Source: the human T2T-CHM13v2.0 reference genome, Homo sapiens. Taken from it: a stretch of DNA of 64,000 nucleotides. The notes beneath the pieces are model-generated. The model searched no databases. It was not told the origin of the DNA and worked only from the letters and a program-made list of their open reading frames with translations. The stretch lies in NCBI RefSeq assembly GCF_009914755.1, contig NC_060946.1, one strand, 5' to 3'. The position numbers and the translations under genes are program-made. Of this stretch, positions 43,803 to 57,100 are shown piece by piece (within the stretch, counting starts at the first letter, position 1; each line of letters starts with the position of its first letter).

Positions 43803-44180
43803 ATGGCGGGTGCCCCTTCCCCAGCCTCTCTGCCTCCTTGCAGTTTGATCTCAGACAGCTGTGCTAGCAATCAGCAAGACTCTATGTGTGTAGGACCCTC
43901 TGAGCCAGGTGTGGGATATAATCTCCTCATGTGCAATTTTTTATGTCCGTGGGAAAAGCACAGTATACGGGTGGGAGTGACCCGATTTTCCAGTTGCCGT
44001 CTGTCAACCCTTTCTTTGACTAGGAATTTTTTATGTCCATGGGAAAAGCACAGTATACGGGTGGGAGTGACCCGATTTTCCAGTTGCCGTCTGTCAACCC
44101 TTTCTTTGACCCCTAGTGCTTCCCGAGTGAGGCAATGCCTTGGCCTGCTTCGGCTCTTGCATGGTGCGTGCACCCACTGA
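43803..44180 (+). CDS. ORF0: L1 antisense ORF0, open, extended to 125 aa by an in-frame 30-aa duplication; expression unknown
   Basis: MAGAPSPASLPPCSLISDSCASNQQDSMCVGPSEPGVGY matches the primate L1 ORF0 N-terminus. ATG in strong context (gcaATGg). Splice donor 1 (cag|gtgtgg) is intact at 43909. Confidence 0.6.
   Translation: MAGAPSPASLPPCSLISDSCASNQQDSMCVGPSEPGVGYNLLMCNFLCPWEKHSIRVGVTRFSSCRLSTLSLTRNFLCPWEKHSIRVGVTRFSSCRLSTLSLTPSASRVRQCLGLLRLLHGACTH
43935..44110. repeat. Tandem duplication in the L1 #2 5'UTR (two 86-bp copies, period 90 bp)
   Basis: 43935-44020 and 44025-44110 differ at one base (gtccgt/gtccat) and are separated by 'tagg'. Confidence 0.97.
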
Positions 44181-44323
44181 CCTGCTCACACTGTCTGGCA
44201 CTCACTAGTGAGATGAACCTGGTACCTCAGATGGAAATGCAGGAATCACCCGTCTTCTGCGTCGCTCATGCCGGGAGCTGTGGACTGGAGCTATTCCTAT
44301 TCGGTCATCTTGGTTCCTTTCCC

Positions 44324-45110
44324 GGAACACTCTCTTTGTAGAATCTGCAAGTGGACATTTGGAGCGCTTTGAGGCCGATGGTGGATAACAAAATATCTTC
44401 ATATGATAACTTGACAGAAGCATTCTAAGAAACTTCTTTGTGATGTATGTACTCGTCCCACAGAGTTGAACCTTTCTTTTGATTTAGCAGTCTGGAAGCA
44501 CTCTTTTTGTAAAATCTGCAAGTGGACATTTTGTGCACTTTTAGGCCTATGGTAAAAAGGAAATATCTTCACATAAAAACTAGACAGAAGCATTTTGATA
44601 ACTTTCTTTGCAATATGTGCATTCATATCACAGAGTTGAGCCTTAATTTGATTTAGCAGTTTTGAAGCACCCTTTTGATAATACCTGTGATTGGACATTT
44701 GGAGTGCTTTGATGCCTTTGGTGGAAAAGGAAATATCTTCACATAAGAACTAGACAGACACATTCTGACAAACTTCTTTGTGATGTGTGCATTCATCTCA
44801 GATAGTTGAACATTTATTTTGATTGAACAGCTTTGAAAACCTCTTTTGTGGAATCTGCAAGTGGACATTGGGAGTGCTTTGAGGCCTATGGTAGAAAAGA
44901 AAATATCTTCACATAAAAACTAGACAGAAGCATTCTGACAAACATCTTTGTGATGTGTGCATTCATCTCACAGAGTTGAACCTAACTTTTGACTGAGCAG
45001 TTTTGAAACACTCTTTTTGTAGAATCTACAAGTGGACATTTAGAGTGCTTTGAGGCCTATGGTGGATAAAGAAATATCATCACACAAAATATAGACAGAA
45101 GCAAACTTGG
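44324..45110 (+). repeat. Alpha satellite, forward orientation, ~4-5 monomers of 'gtggacattt/ctagacag' type
   Basis: Starts immediately after the L1 5' end with ggaacactctctttgtagaatctgcaagtggacatttgg. This is the reverse complement of the 'aaatgtcc/ctgtctag' type, without the X/Y alternation. Confidence 0.93.
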
Positions 45111-48100
45111 AAATTTCTTTGTGATGTGTGCATTCATCTCACAGAGTTAAACCTTTCTTTTGATTGAGCAGTTTTGAAACACTCTTTCTGTAGAATCTGC
45201 AAGTGGATATTCGGAGTGCTTTGAGGCCTATGGTGGAAAAGGTAATATCTTCACATAAAAACTACGCAGAAACATTCTAAGAAAGTTCTTTGTGATGTGT
45301 GCATTCAACTCTAAGATTTGAACCTATCTTTTGACTGAGCTGTTTTGAAACACTCTTTTTGTAGAATCTGCAAGGGGATATTTAGAGCGATTTGAGGCCT
45401 ATTGTGGAAAAGGAAATATCGTCACATAAAAACTACAGAAAAGCATTCTACGAAAGTTCTTTGTGATGTGTGCATTCAATTCTCAGAGTTGAACCTATCT
45501 TTTGATAGAACAGTTTTGAAACTCTCTTTTTGTAGAATTTGCAAGTGGATATTTGGATTCCTTTGCGGCCTACAGTGGAAAAGGAAATATCTTAACATAA
45601 AAACTACACAGAAGCATTCTGAGAAACTACTTTGTGATGTGTGCATTCACATCACAGTGTTGAACATTTCTTTTGATTGTGCAGTTTGGAGACACTCTTT
45701 TACTAGTATCTGCAAGTGGATATTTCGAGCCCTTGTAGGCCTATTGTGGAAAAGGAAATATCTTCACATAAAAACTACACAGAAGCATTTTGAGAAACTC
45801 CTGTGTGATGTGTGAATTCATCTTACAGACTTGAACCTGTCTTTTGATTGAGCAGTTTTGAAACACTATTTTTGTAGAATCTGCAAGTGGATATTTGCAT
45901 CACTTTGAGGCCTATGGTGGAAAAGGAAATATCTTCCCAAAAAACCTACACAGAAGCATTCTCAGAAACTTCTTTGTGATGTGTGCATTCATCTCACAGA
46001 GTTGAAACTTTCTTTTGATTGAGCAGTTTAGAAACACTCTTTCATAGAATCTGCAAGTGCATACTTGGAGCGTTTTGAGGCACATGGTGGAAAAGGAAAT
46101 ATCTTCCCATAAAAACTACAAAGAAGCATTCTGAGAAACTTCTTTATGATATGTGCATTGAACGCAGAGAGTTGAATCTATCTTCTGATACAGCAATTTT
46201 TAAAATCACTTTTTGTAGAATCTGGAAGTGGATATTTGGAGCGTTTTGTATCCTATGGTGGAAAAGGAAATATCTTTCCATAAATGCTACACAGAAGTAT
46301 TCTGAGGAACTACTTTGTGATGTGTGCATTCAAGTCATAGAGCTGAACCTATCTTTTGATAGAGCAGTTGTGAAAATCTCTTTTTGTAGAATCAGCAAGT
46401 GGATATTTGGAAACCTTTGCAGGCTATGGTGGAAAACTAAATATCTTCTTATAAAAACTTCACAGAAGCATTCTGAGAAACTTTTTTGTGATGTATGCAT
46501 TCATCTCACGGAGTTGAACCTCTCTTTCAATTGAGAAGTTTGGAAACACTATTTTTGTAGAATCTGCAAATGGATATATGGAGGGCTTGAGGCCTATTGT
46601 GGAAAAGGAAATATCTTCCCATGAAAACTACACAGAGGCATTCTGAGAAACTTCCTTGTGAGGTGTACATTCAACTCACCAATTTGAACATTTCTTTGGA
46701 TTTAGCAGTTTGGAAACACTCTTTTTGTAGAATCTGCAAGTAGTTATTTGGATCGATTTGGAGCCTATGTGGGAAAGGAAATATCTTCACATAAAAACTA
46801 CACAGAAGTATTCTGAGAAACTTCTTTGTGATGTGTGCATTCAACTCACAGAGATGAACTTTTCTTTGGATAGAGCAGTTTTCAAACTCTCTTTGTAGAA
46901 TCTGCAAGTGGATATTTGGAGCCCTTTGCAGCCTAGGTAGGAAAAGGAAATATCTTCACATCAAAACTACACAGAAGCATTCTGAAAAACTTTGTGATGT
47001 GTGCATTCAACTCACAGAGTTGAACTTATCTTTTGACAGATCAGTTTTAAAACTCTCCTTTTGTATAATCTGGAAGTGGATATTTGGAGGGCTTTGAGGC
47101 CTGTGGTGGAAAAGGAAATATCTTCACATAAAAACTACACATAAGCCTTCTGAGAAAGTTCTCTGTTATGTGTGCATACGTCTCACAGAGTTGAAGATAT
47201 CTTTTTCATATAGCAGTTTTGAAAATTTCTTTTTGTAGAATCTGCAAGTGGATATTTGGAGTCCTTTGCAGCCTACAGTGGAAAACGAAATATCTTCACA
47301 TAAAAACTACACAGAAGCCTTCTGAGAAACTTCTTTGTGTTGTGTCCACTCATCTCGCAGAGTTGAACCTTTCATTTGATAGAGCAGTTTTGAAACACTC
47401 TTTTTGCAGAATCTGCAAGTGGATATTGGGAGCGCATTGAGGCTTATGGTGGAAAAGGAACTATCTTCACATAAAAACTACACGGAAGCATTCTGAGAAA
47501 CTTCTTTGTGATGTGTGCATTCATCTCACAGAGATGAATCTATCTTTTCATAGAGCAGTTTTGAAACTCTCTTTCTGTAGAATCTGCAACTGGATATTTG
47601 GAGCCCTTAGCGGCCTATGGTGGAAAAGGAATTATCTTCACATAAAAACTACACAGTATCATTCTGAGAAACTTGTTTGTGATGTGTGCATTCATCTCAC
47701 AGATTTGAACCCTTCCATCTTTTGAGCAGTTTGTACACACTCTTTTTGTAAAATCTACAAGTGGATATATGGAGCGCTTTGAGGCCTATTGTGGAAAAGG
47801 AAATACCTTCACATAAAAACTCCACAGAAGCATTCTGAGAAACTTCTTTTTGATGTGTGCATTCATCTCACAGAGTTGAAGATTTCATGTGATTGAGCAG
47901 CTTTGAAACACTCTTTTTGTAAAATCTGCCAGTGGATATTTGCAGCACTTTGAAGCCTATTGTGGAAAAGGAAATATCTTCCCATAAAAACTACATAGAA
48001 ACATTCTCAGAAACTTCTTTGTGTTATGTGCATGTATGTAGAGAGTTGAACCTTTCATTTGATTTAGCAGTTTGCAAACACTCTTTTAGTAGAATCTGCA

Positions 48101-51100
48101 AGTAGATATTTGAAGCCCTTGGGGCCTATTATGGAAAAGGAAATATCTTCACATAAAAACTATGCAAAAGCGTTCTGAGAAACTTCATTGTGATGTGTGC
48201 ATTCACTTAACAGAGTTGAACCTTTCTTTGAATTAAGCAGTTTTGAAACACTCTTTCTGTAGAATCTGCAAGTGGATATTCAGAGTGCTTTGAGGCCTAG
48301 GGTGGAAAAGGTAATATCTTCACATAAAAACTATGCAAAGCATTCTAAGAAAGTTCTTTGTGATGTGTGCATTCAACTCTCAGAGTTGAACATATTTTTT
48401 GATAGAGCAGTTTTGAAACTCTCTTTTTGTAGAATTTGAAGGGGATATTTGGATTTCTTTTTGGCCTATTGTGGAAAAGGAAATATCTTCACATAAAAAC
48501 TACACAGAAGCATTCTGAGAAACTTCTTTGTGATGTGTGCATTCATCTCACAGAGTTGAACCTATCTTTTGATAAAGCAGTTTTGAAACTCTCTTTTTGT
48601 AGAATCTGCAAATGGATATTTGGAGCCCTTTGCAGCCTGTGGTGGAAAAGGAAATATCTTAACATAAAAACTACACAGAAGCATTCTGAGAAACTTCTTT
48701 GTGATGTGTGCATTCATATCACAGTGTTGAACATTTCATTTGTTTGTGCAGTTTGGAAACATTCTTTTACTAGTATCTGCAAGTGGATATTTCGAGCTAT
48801 TTTAGGCCTATTGTGGAAAAGGAAACATCTTCACATAAAAACTACACAGAAGCATTTTGAGAAACTCCTGTGTGAAGTGTGAAATCACCTCATGGACTTG
48901 AACCTTTCTTTGAATTAAGCAGTTTTGAAACACTCTTTCTGTAGAATCTGCAAGTGGATATTTGGAGCACTTTGAGGCCTGTGGTGGAAAAGGAAATATC
49001 TTAACATAAAACTACACAGAAGCATTCTGAGAAGTTCTTTGTGATGTTTGCATTCAACACACAGAGTTGAACATATATTTTGATAGAGCAGTTTTGAATC
49101 TCTCTTTTTGTGGAATCTGCAAATCGATATTTGGAGCACTTTGTGGCCTATTGTGGAAAAGGAAATATCTTCACATAAAAACTACATAGAAGCATTCTGA
49201 GAAACTAATTTGTGATGTGTGCACTTATCTCACATAGTTGAACCTTTCATTTGATACAGCGATTTTGAAACACTCTTTTTGCAGAATCTGCAAGTGGATA
49301 TTGGGAGCGCATTGAGGCCTATGGTGGAAAAGGAACTATCTTCACATAAAAACTACACAGAAGCATTCTGAGAAACTTCTTCATGATGTGTGCGTTCATC
49401 TCACAGAAATGAACCTATCTTTTGATAGAGCAGTTTTGAAACTCTCTTTTTGTAGAATCTGCGAGTGGATATTTGGAGCCCTTAGAGGCCTATGGTGGAA
49501 AAGGAAAAGGAATTATCTTCACATAAAAACTACACAGTATCATTCTGAGAAACTTGTTTGTGATGTGTGCATTCATCTCACAGAGTGGAAACTTTCATTT
49601 GAATGAGCAGTTTTGAAAAACTCTTTTTGTAGAATCTGCAAGTGGATATTTGGAGGGCTTAAAGGCCTAATGTTGAAAAGGAAATATCTTCACATTAAAT
49701 CTACAGAGAAGCATTCAGAGAATCTTCTTTCTGTTGTGTGCTTTGATCTCACAGTGCTGAACCTGTTTTTTATTCAGAAGTTTGGAAACAGTCTTTTTGC
49801 AGAATCTATAAGTGTATATTTGGAGCACTTTGAGGGCTATGGTGGAGATTGAAATGCCTTCAAGTAAAAACTGCACAATAGCCTTCTCAGAAAATTCTTT
49901 GTAATGTGTGCATTCAACTCACAGAGTTAAACCTATCTTCTGTTAGAGAAGTTTTGAAACTCTATTTTTTTGGAATTTGCAAGTGGATATTTGGAGCTCT
50001 TTGCGGCCTATGGTGGAAAAGGAAATATCTTCACATAAAAACTACACAGAAGCATTCTCAGAAAGTGTTTTGTGATGTGTGCATTCATCTCAGAGAGTTG
50101 AACCTTACTTTTGATTGAGCAATTTTGAAACACTGTTTTTGTAGAATCTGCAAGTGGGTATTTGGAGCGCTTTGAGGCCTATAGTGGAAAAGGAAATATC
50201 TTCACAAAAAATCTACGCAGAAGCATTCTCAGAAACTTTTTTGTGATGTGTGCATTCATCTCACAGTGTTGAATCTTTCTTTTGATTGAGCAGTTTGGAA
50301 ACACACTTTTTGTAGAATCTGTAAGTGGATATTTAGAGCGCTTTGAGGCCTATGTTGGAAAAGGAAATATCTTCACATATAAACTACACAGAAGCATTCC
50401 GAGAATCTTCTTATTGATGTGTGAATTGAACTCACAGAGTTGAACCCATCTTTAGATAGAGCAGTTTTGAAACTCTCTTTTTGTAGAATCCGCAAGTGAA
50501 TATTTGGAGTCCTTTGTGGACGATGGTGGAAAAGGAAATATCTTCACATAAAAATTACACAGAAGCATTCTGAGAAACTTTTTTGTGATGTGTGCATTCA
50601 AATCACAGTGTTGATCCTATCTTTTGATACAGCAGTTTTGAAACTCTCTTTTTGTAGAATCTTCAAGTGGATATTTGAAGCCCTTTGTGGCCTAAGGTGG
50701 AAAAAAATCTTCACATAAAAACTACATAGAAGCATTCTGACGAACTTTTTTGTGATGTTAGCGTTCAACTCACAGTGTTGAACTAGTCTCTTGATAGAGC
50801 AGTTTTGAAACACGCTGTTTGTAGAATCTGCAAGTGGATGTTTGGAGCGCTTTGAGTCCTGTTGTGGAAAAGGCAATATCTTCACATAAAAACTACACAG
50901 TGGCATTCTGAGAAACTTCTTTGTAATGTGTGCATTCAACTGACAGAGTTGCAGCTGTCTTTTGGTGGAGCAGTTTTGAAACTCCCTTTTTGTAGGATCT
51001 GCAAGTAGATATCTGGAGCCCTTTACGACCTTCTGTGGAAAAATAAATAACTTCACATAAAAGCTACTCAGAAGCATTCTGAGGAACTTCTTATTGATGT

Positions 51101-54100
51101 GTGCTTTCATCTCAGAGAGTTGAATATTTCTTTTGATGAGCAGTTTGGGATCACAGTTTTTGTAGAATCTGCAAGTGGATATTTGGAGCGCTTTGTGTCC
51201 TATGGTGGAAAAGGAAATATCTTCAGATAAAAACTAAACAGAAGCATTCATAGAAATTTCTTTGTCATGTGTGCATTCATCTCACAGAGTTGAAACTTTC
51301 TTTTGATTGAGTAGCTTTGAAACAATCTTTATGTACAATCTGCAAGTGGATAATTGGAGAGCTTTGAGGCCTATGGTGGAAAAGAAAATATCTTCTCTAA
51401 AAACTACACAGAAACTTTCAGAGAAACTTCTTTGTGATGTGTGCATTCATCTAAACTGTTGAACGTTTCCTTTGATTGAGCAGTTTTGAAACACTCTTTT
51501 TGTAGAATGTGCAAGTGGATATTTGGAGCGATTTGGGGCCTATTGTGGAAATTGAAATATCTTCCCATAAATCTACACAGAAGCATTCTGAGAAACTTCT
51601 TTTTGATGTGTGCATTCAACTCAGAGTTGAAACTATCTTTTGATTGAGCAGTTTAGAATCTTTATGTAGAATCTGCAAGTGGATATTTGGAGCCCTATGA
51701 GCCCTATGGTGGAAAAGGAAATATCTTCAAATACAAAATACACAGAAGCATTCAGAGAAACTTCTTTGTGATGAGTGCCTTCATCACACAGACTTGAACC
51801 TTTCTTTGGATTGAGCAGTTTTGAAACACTCTTTTCATAGAATCTGCAAGTGAATATTTGGAGGGCTTTGAGACCTATTTTGGAGAAGGAGATATCTTCA
51901 AATAAAAACTAGAGAGAAGCATTCTCAGAAACTTATTTGTGATGTGTGCATTCAAGTCACGGAGGTGAACCTATCTTTTGATGGAGCAGTTTTGAATCTC
52001 TCTTCTTGTAGATTCTGAAAGTGGATATTTGGAGCACTTTGAGGTCTACTGTGGAAAATCAAATATCTTCACATAAGAACTACACAAAAGGATTCTGAAA
52101 AACTATTTTCTGATGTGTGCATTCAACTCACAGAGTTGAACTTATCTTTTGAATGAGGAGATTTGAAACTCTCTTTTTGCAGAATCTGCAAGTGGACATT
52201 TGAAGCCCTTTGAGGCTTACTATAAAAAGCAAATATCTTCACATAAGAACTACACAGAAGCATTCTGAGAAACTACTTTGTGATGTGTGCATTCAACTCA
52301 CAGAGTTGAACCTATCTTTTGATTGAGCAGTTTAAAATATTTTTTTGGTAGAATCAGCAAGTGGATATTTGGAGCCCTTTGCTACCTTTGGTGGAAAAGG
52401 AAATACCTTCAAATAAAAACTACATAGAAGCATTCTGAAAAACTTCTTTGTGATGTGTGCATTCTTCTCACAGGGTTGAACCTATCTAATGACTGAGCAG
52501 TTTTGAAACACTCATTTTGTAGGAACCGCAAGTGGATATTTGGTGCGTTTGAGGGCTTCGTGGAAAAGCAAATATCTTCACATAAAAACTACACAGAAGC
52601 ATTCTGAGAAACTTCTTTGTGATGTGTGCATTCATCTCACAGTGTTGGACGTTTCTTTTGATTGAGCAGTTTTGAAACACTCTTTTTGTAGAATCTGCAA
52701 GTGGATATTTGGAGCGCTTTGAGGCCTAATGTGGAAAATCAAATATCTTCACATAAAAACTACACAGAGGCATTCTGAGAAACTTCTTTGTTTTGTGTGC
52801 ATTCAACTCACATAGTTGAAGTTATCTTTTGATTGAGATGCTTTGAATCTCCTTTTTGCAAAATCTGCACGTGGATATTTGGAGCCCTATTTCACCCTAT
52901 AGTGGAAAAGCAGATATCTTCACATAAACAAACACTACACAGAAGCATTCAGAGAAAGTTCTTTGTGATGTGTGCATTGAACATGCAGAGTTGAAACTAT
53001 ATTTTCATTGTACAGTTTTGAATATCTCTTTTTGTAGAATCTGCAAGTGGAAGTTTGGAGCTCTTTGCACCCTGTGGTGTAAAAGGAAATATCTTCATAT
53101 AAAAACTACACAGAAGCATTCAGAGACTTCTTTGTGATGAATGCATTCCTCACACAGAGTTGAACCTTTCTTTTTATTGAGTAGTATTGAAACCTTCTTT
53201 TTGCAGAATCACCAATTGGATATTTGGAGAGCTTTGAGGCCTGTTTTGGAAAAGGAAATATCTTCAAATTAAAACTACACAGAAGCATTCTGAGAAACTT
53301 CTTTGGGATTTGTGCATTCAACTCTCAGAGTTGAACCTATCTTATGATTCAGCAGTTTGGAAACACTCTTTTTGTAGAATCTACAAGTGGATACTTAGAG
53401 CGATTTGAGGTCTACTGTGGAAAAGCAAATATCTTCACATAAAAACAACACAGAAGCACTCTGAGAAACTTCTTTGTGATGTGTGATTTCAACTCACAGA
53501 GATGAACCTATCTTTTGATGGAGTAGTTTAGAATCTCTCTTTTTTTAGAATCTGCAAGTGGATATTTGGAGCGCTTTGAGACCTACTGTGGAAAAGCAAA
53601 TATCTTCACATAAAAACTAGACAGAAGCATTCTGAGATACATCTTTGTGATGTGTGCATTCATCTCATAGTGTTAAACCTTTCTTTTGATGGTTCAGTTT
53701 TGAAACACTCTTTTTGTAGAATCTGGAAGTGGATATTGGGAGCTCTTTGAGGCCTATGGTGGAAAAGGAAATATCTTCAAATAAAAACTACACAGAAGCG
53801 TTCTGAGAAACTTCTTTGTGATGTGTGCATTCAACTCACAGTGTTCAACCTTTCTTTTGATTGAGCAGTTTTGAAACACCTCTTTTGTAGAATCTGGAAG
53901 GTGATAATTGCAGGGCTTTGAGGTCTATTTTGGAAAAGAAAATATCTTCACTTAAAAACTACGCAGAAATATTGTGAGAAACTTCTTTGTTACGTGTGCA
54001 TTCAACTCACAGAGTTGAACCTATCTTTTGATTGAGCAGTTTTGAATCTCTCATTTTGCAGAATCTGCAAATGGATATTTGGAGCCCTTTGCTACCTATG

Positions 54101-57100
54101 GTGGAAAAGGATATACCTTCAAATAAAAACTACACAGAGGCATTCTGAGAAACTTCTTTGTGATTGTGCATTCAACTCACAGAGTTAAACCTATCTTATG
54201 ATTGACCAGTTTTGGAACACTCTTCATAGGATCTGCAAGTGGATATTTGGTGTCCTTTGAGGCCTATCGTGGAAAAGCAAATAACTTCAGATAAAAACTA
54301 TACAGAAGCGTTCTGAGAAACTTCTTTGTGATGTATGCATTGATATCACAAAGTTGAGACTTTATTTTGATTGAGCAGTTTTGAAACACTCTTTTTGTAG
54401 AATCTGCAAGTGGATAATTGGGGAGATTTGAGGAATATTGTGGAAAAGCAAATATCTTCCTATAAAAACTACACAGAAGCCTTCTGAGAAACATCTTTGT
54501 GAGGTTTGCATTCAACTCACAGAGTAGAAGCTATCTTTTGATTGAGGAGTTTTGAATCTCTCTTTTTTCAGAATCTGCAAGTGGATATTTGGAGCGCTTT
54601 GAGGCCTACTTTTGAAAATCAAATATCTTCCCTTAAAAACTACACAGAAGCATTCTCAGAAATTGTTTGTCATGTGTGCTTCCTAATCACCGAGTTGAAC
54701 CTATCTTGTGATTGAACAGTTTTGAATCTCTCTTTTTGTAGAATCTGCAAGTGGATATTTTTAGTCCTTTGCAGACTGTGGTGGAAAAGGAATGATCTTG
54801 AAATCAATTCTACACAGTAGCATTCAGACAAACTTCTTTGTGATGAGTGCATTCGTCACACAGAGTTGATCCTTTCCTTTGATTGAGCAACTCTGAAACA
54901 CTCTTTTAGAGGGTCTGCAAGTGGATATTTTAGAGCTTTGGGACAATTGTGGAAAAGTAAATATCTTCACATAAAAACTACACAGAGGCATTCTGAGAAA
55001 CTTCTTTGTGAGATGTGCATTCAACTCACAGAGTTGAACCTATCTTTTCATTGAGCAGTTTTGAATCTCTCTTTTTGTAGACTCTGCTTGCGGATATTTG
55101 GAGAGCTTTGAGGCCTATTGTGGAAAAGGAAATATCTTCACATAAAAACACACAGAAGCATTCTGAGAAACTTCTTTGTGAGGTGTGCATTCAACTCACA
55201 GAGTTGAACCTATCTTTTGATTGAGCAGTTTTGAATCTCTCTTTTTGTAGAAGCTGCATGTGGATATTTGGAGATGTTTGCGGCCTATGGTGGAAAAGGT
55301 AATACCTTCAAATAAAAACTAGACAGAAGCATTTTGAGAAACTTCTCTGTGCTGTGTGCATTCATATCACAGGGTTGAAACTACCTTTTGATTGAGCAGT
55401 TTTGAATCTCTCTTTTTGTACCATGTGCAAGTGGATATTTGGAGCCCTTTGTGGTCTATGGTGGAAAAGGAACTATCCTCAAATAAAAACTACACAGAAG
55501 TATTCTGAGAAACTTCTTCGTGATGTGTGCATTCTTCTCACAGAGTTGAACCTTTGTTTTGCTTGAGCAGTTTTGAGACCATCTTTCCATAGGATCTGGA
55601 AGTGAATATTTGGAGGGCTTTGAGATCTATTTTGGAGAAGGAGATATCTTCATATAAAAACTACAGAGAAGCATTCTGAGAAACATCTTTGTGAGGTGTG
55701 CACTGAAGTCACAGAGTTCAAACTATCTTTTGATTCAGCAATTTTGAATCTCTCTTTTTGCAGAATCTGTGAGTGGATATTTGGAGTGCTTTGTGGCCTA
55801 CTGTGGAAAACCAAATATCTTCACATAAAAACTACACAGAAGCATCCTGAGAAACTTCTTGGTGATGTGGTCTTTCAACTAATAGAGTTGAACCTATCTT
55901 TTGATTGAGCAGTTTTGAATCTCTCTTTTTGCATAATCTGCAAGTGGATATTTGGAGAACTTTGAGGCCTACTGTGGAAAATCAAATATCTTCCCATAAA
56001 AACTACACAGAAGCATTCTGAGAAACCTCTTTGTCATACATACATTCATCTCACAGGGTTGATCCTATTTTATGATTGAGCACTTTTGAAACACTCTTTT
56101 TGTAGAATCTGCAAGTGAATATTTGGAGCTTATTGGGGGCTACTGTGGAAAAACCAATATCTTCACATAAAAACTACACAGAAGCATTCTGAGAAACTGC
56201 TTTGTGATGTGTGCATTCATCTCACAGAGTAGAACCTTTCTTTTGATTGAGCAGTTCTGAAACACTCTTTTTGTAGAATCTGCAAGTGGATATTTGGAAA
56301 GTTTTGAGGCCTATTGTGGAAAGGGAAATATCTTCAAATAAAAACTACCCAGAAGCACTCTGTGAAACTTCTTTGTGATGTGTGCATTCAACTAACAGTG
56401 TTGAACCTATCTTTTGATTGAGCAGTTTGGAATCTCTCTTTTTGTAGAATCTGCAAGTGAATATTTGGAGCCCTATTTCGCCCTATAGTGGAAAAGCAAA
56501 TATCTTCAAATAAAACTACACAGAAGAATTCAGAGAAACTTCTTTGTGATGAATGCATTCATCACACAGATTTGAAACTTTATTTCGATTTAGCAGTTTT
56601 GAGACAATCTTTCCGTAGAATCTTGAAGTGAATATTTGGAGGGCTTTGAGTTCTGTTTTGGAGAAGGAGATATCTTCATATAAAAACTACACAGAAGCTT
56701 TCTGAGAAACTTCTTTGTGATGAATGCATTCCTCACACAGAGTTGAACCTTTCTTTTTATTGAGCAGTATTAAAACCCTCTTTTTGCAGAATCAACAAGT
56801 GGATATTTGGAGAGCTTTGAAGCCTGTTTTGGAAAAGGAAGTATCTTCAAATTAAAACTAAACAGAAGCATTCTGAAAAACTTCATTGTGATGTGTGCAT
56901 TCAACTCTCAGAGTTGAACCTATCTTATGATTGAGCAGTTTGGAAACACTCTTTTTGTAGAATCTGCAAGTGGATATTTAGAGAGATTTGAGGCCTATTG
57001 TGGAAAAGGAAATATCTTCACATAGAAACTACGCAGAAGCATTCTGAGAAACTTCTTTGGGATGTGTGCATTCAACTAACAGTGTTAAACCTATCTTTTG

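Noticed and set aside
52556-52572. cttcgtggaaaagca as a CENP-B box
   Set aside because: It has TTCG but lacks the required spacing and CGGG; it is a mutated A-box.
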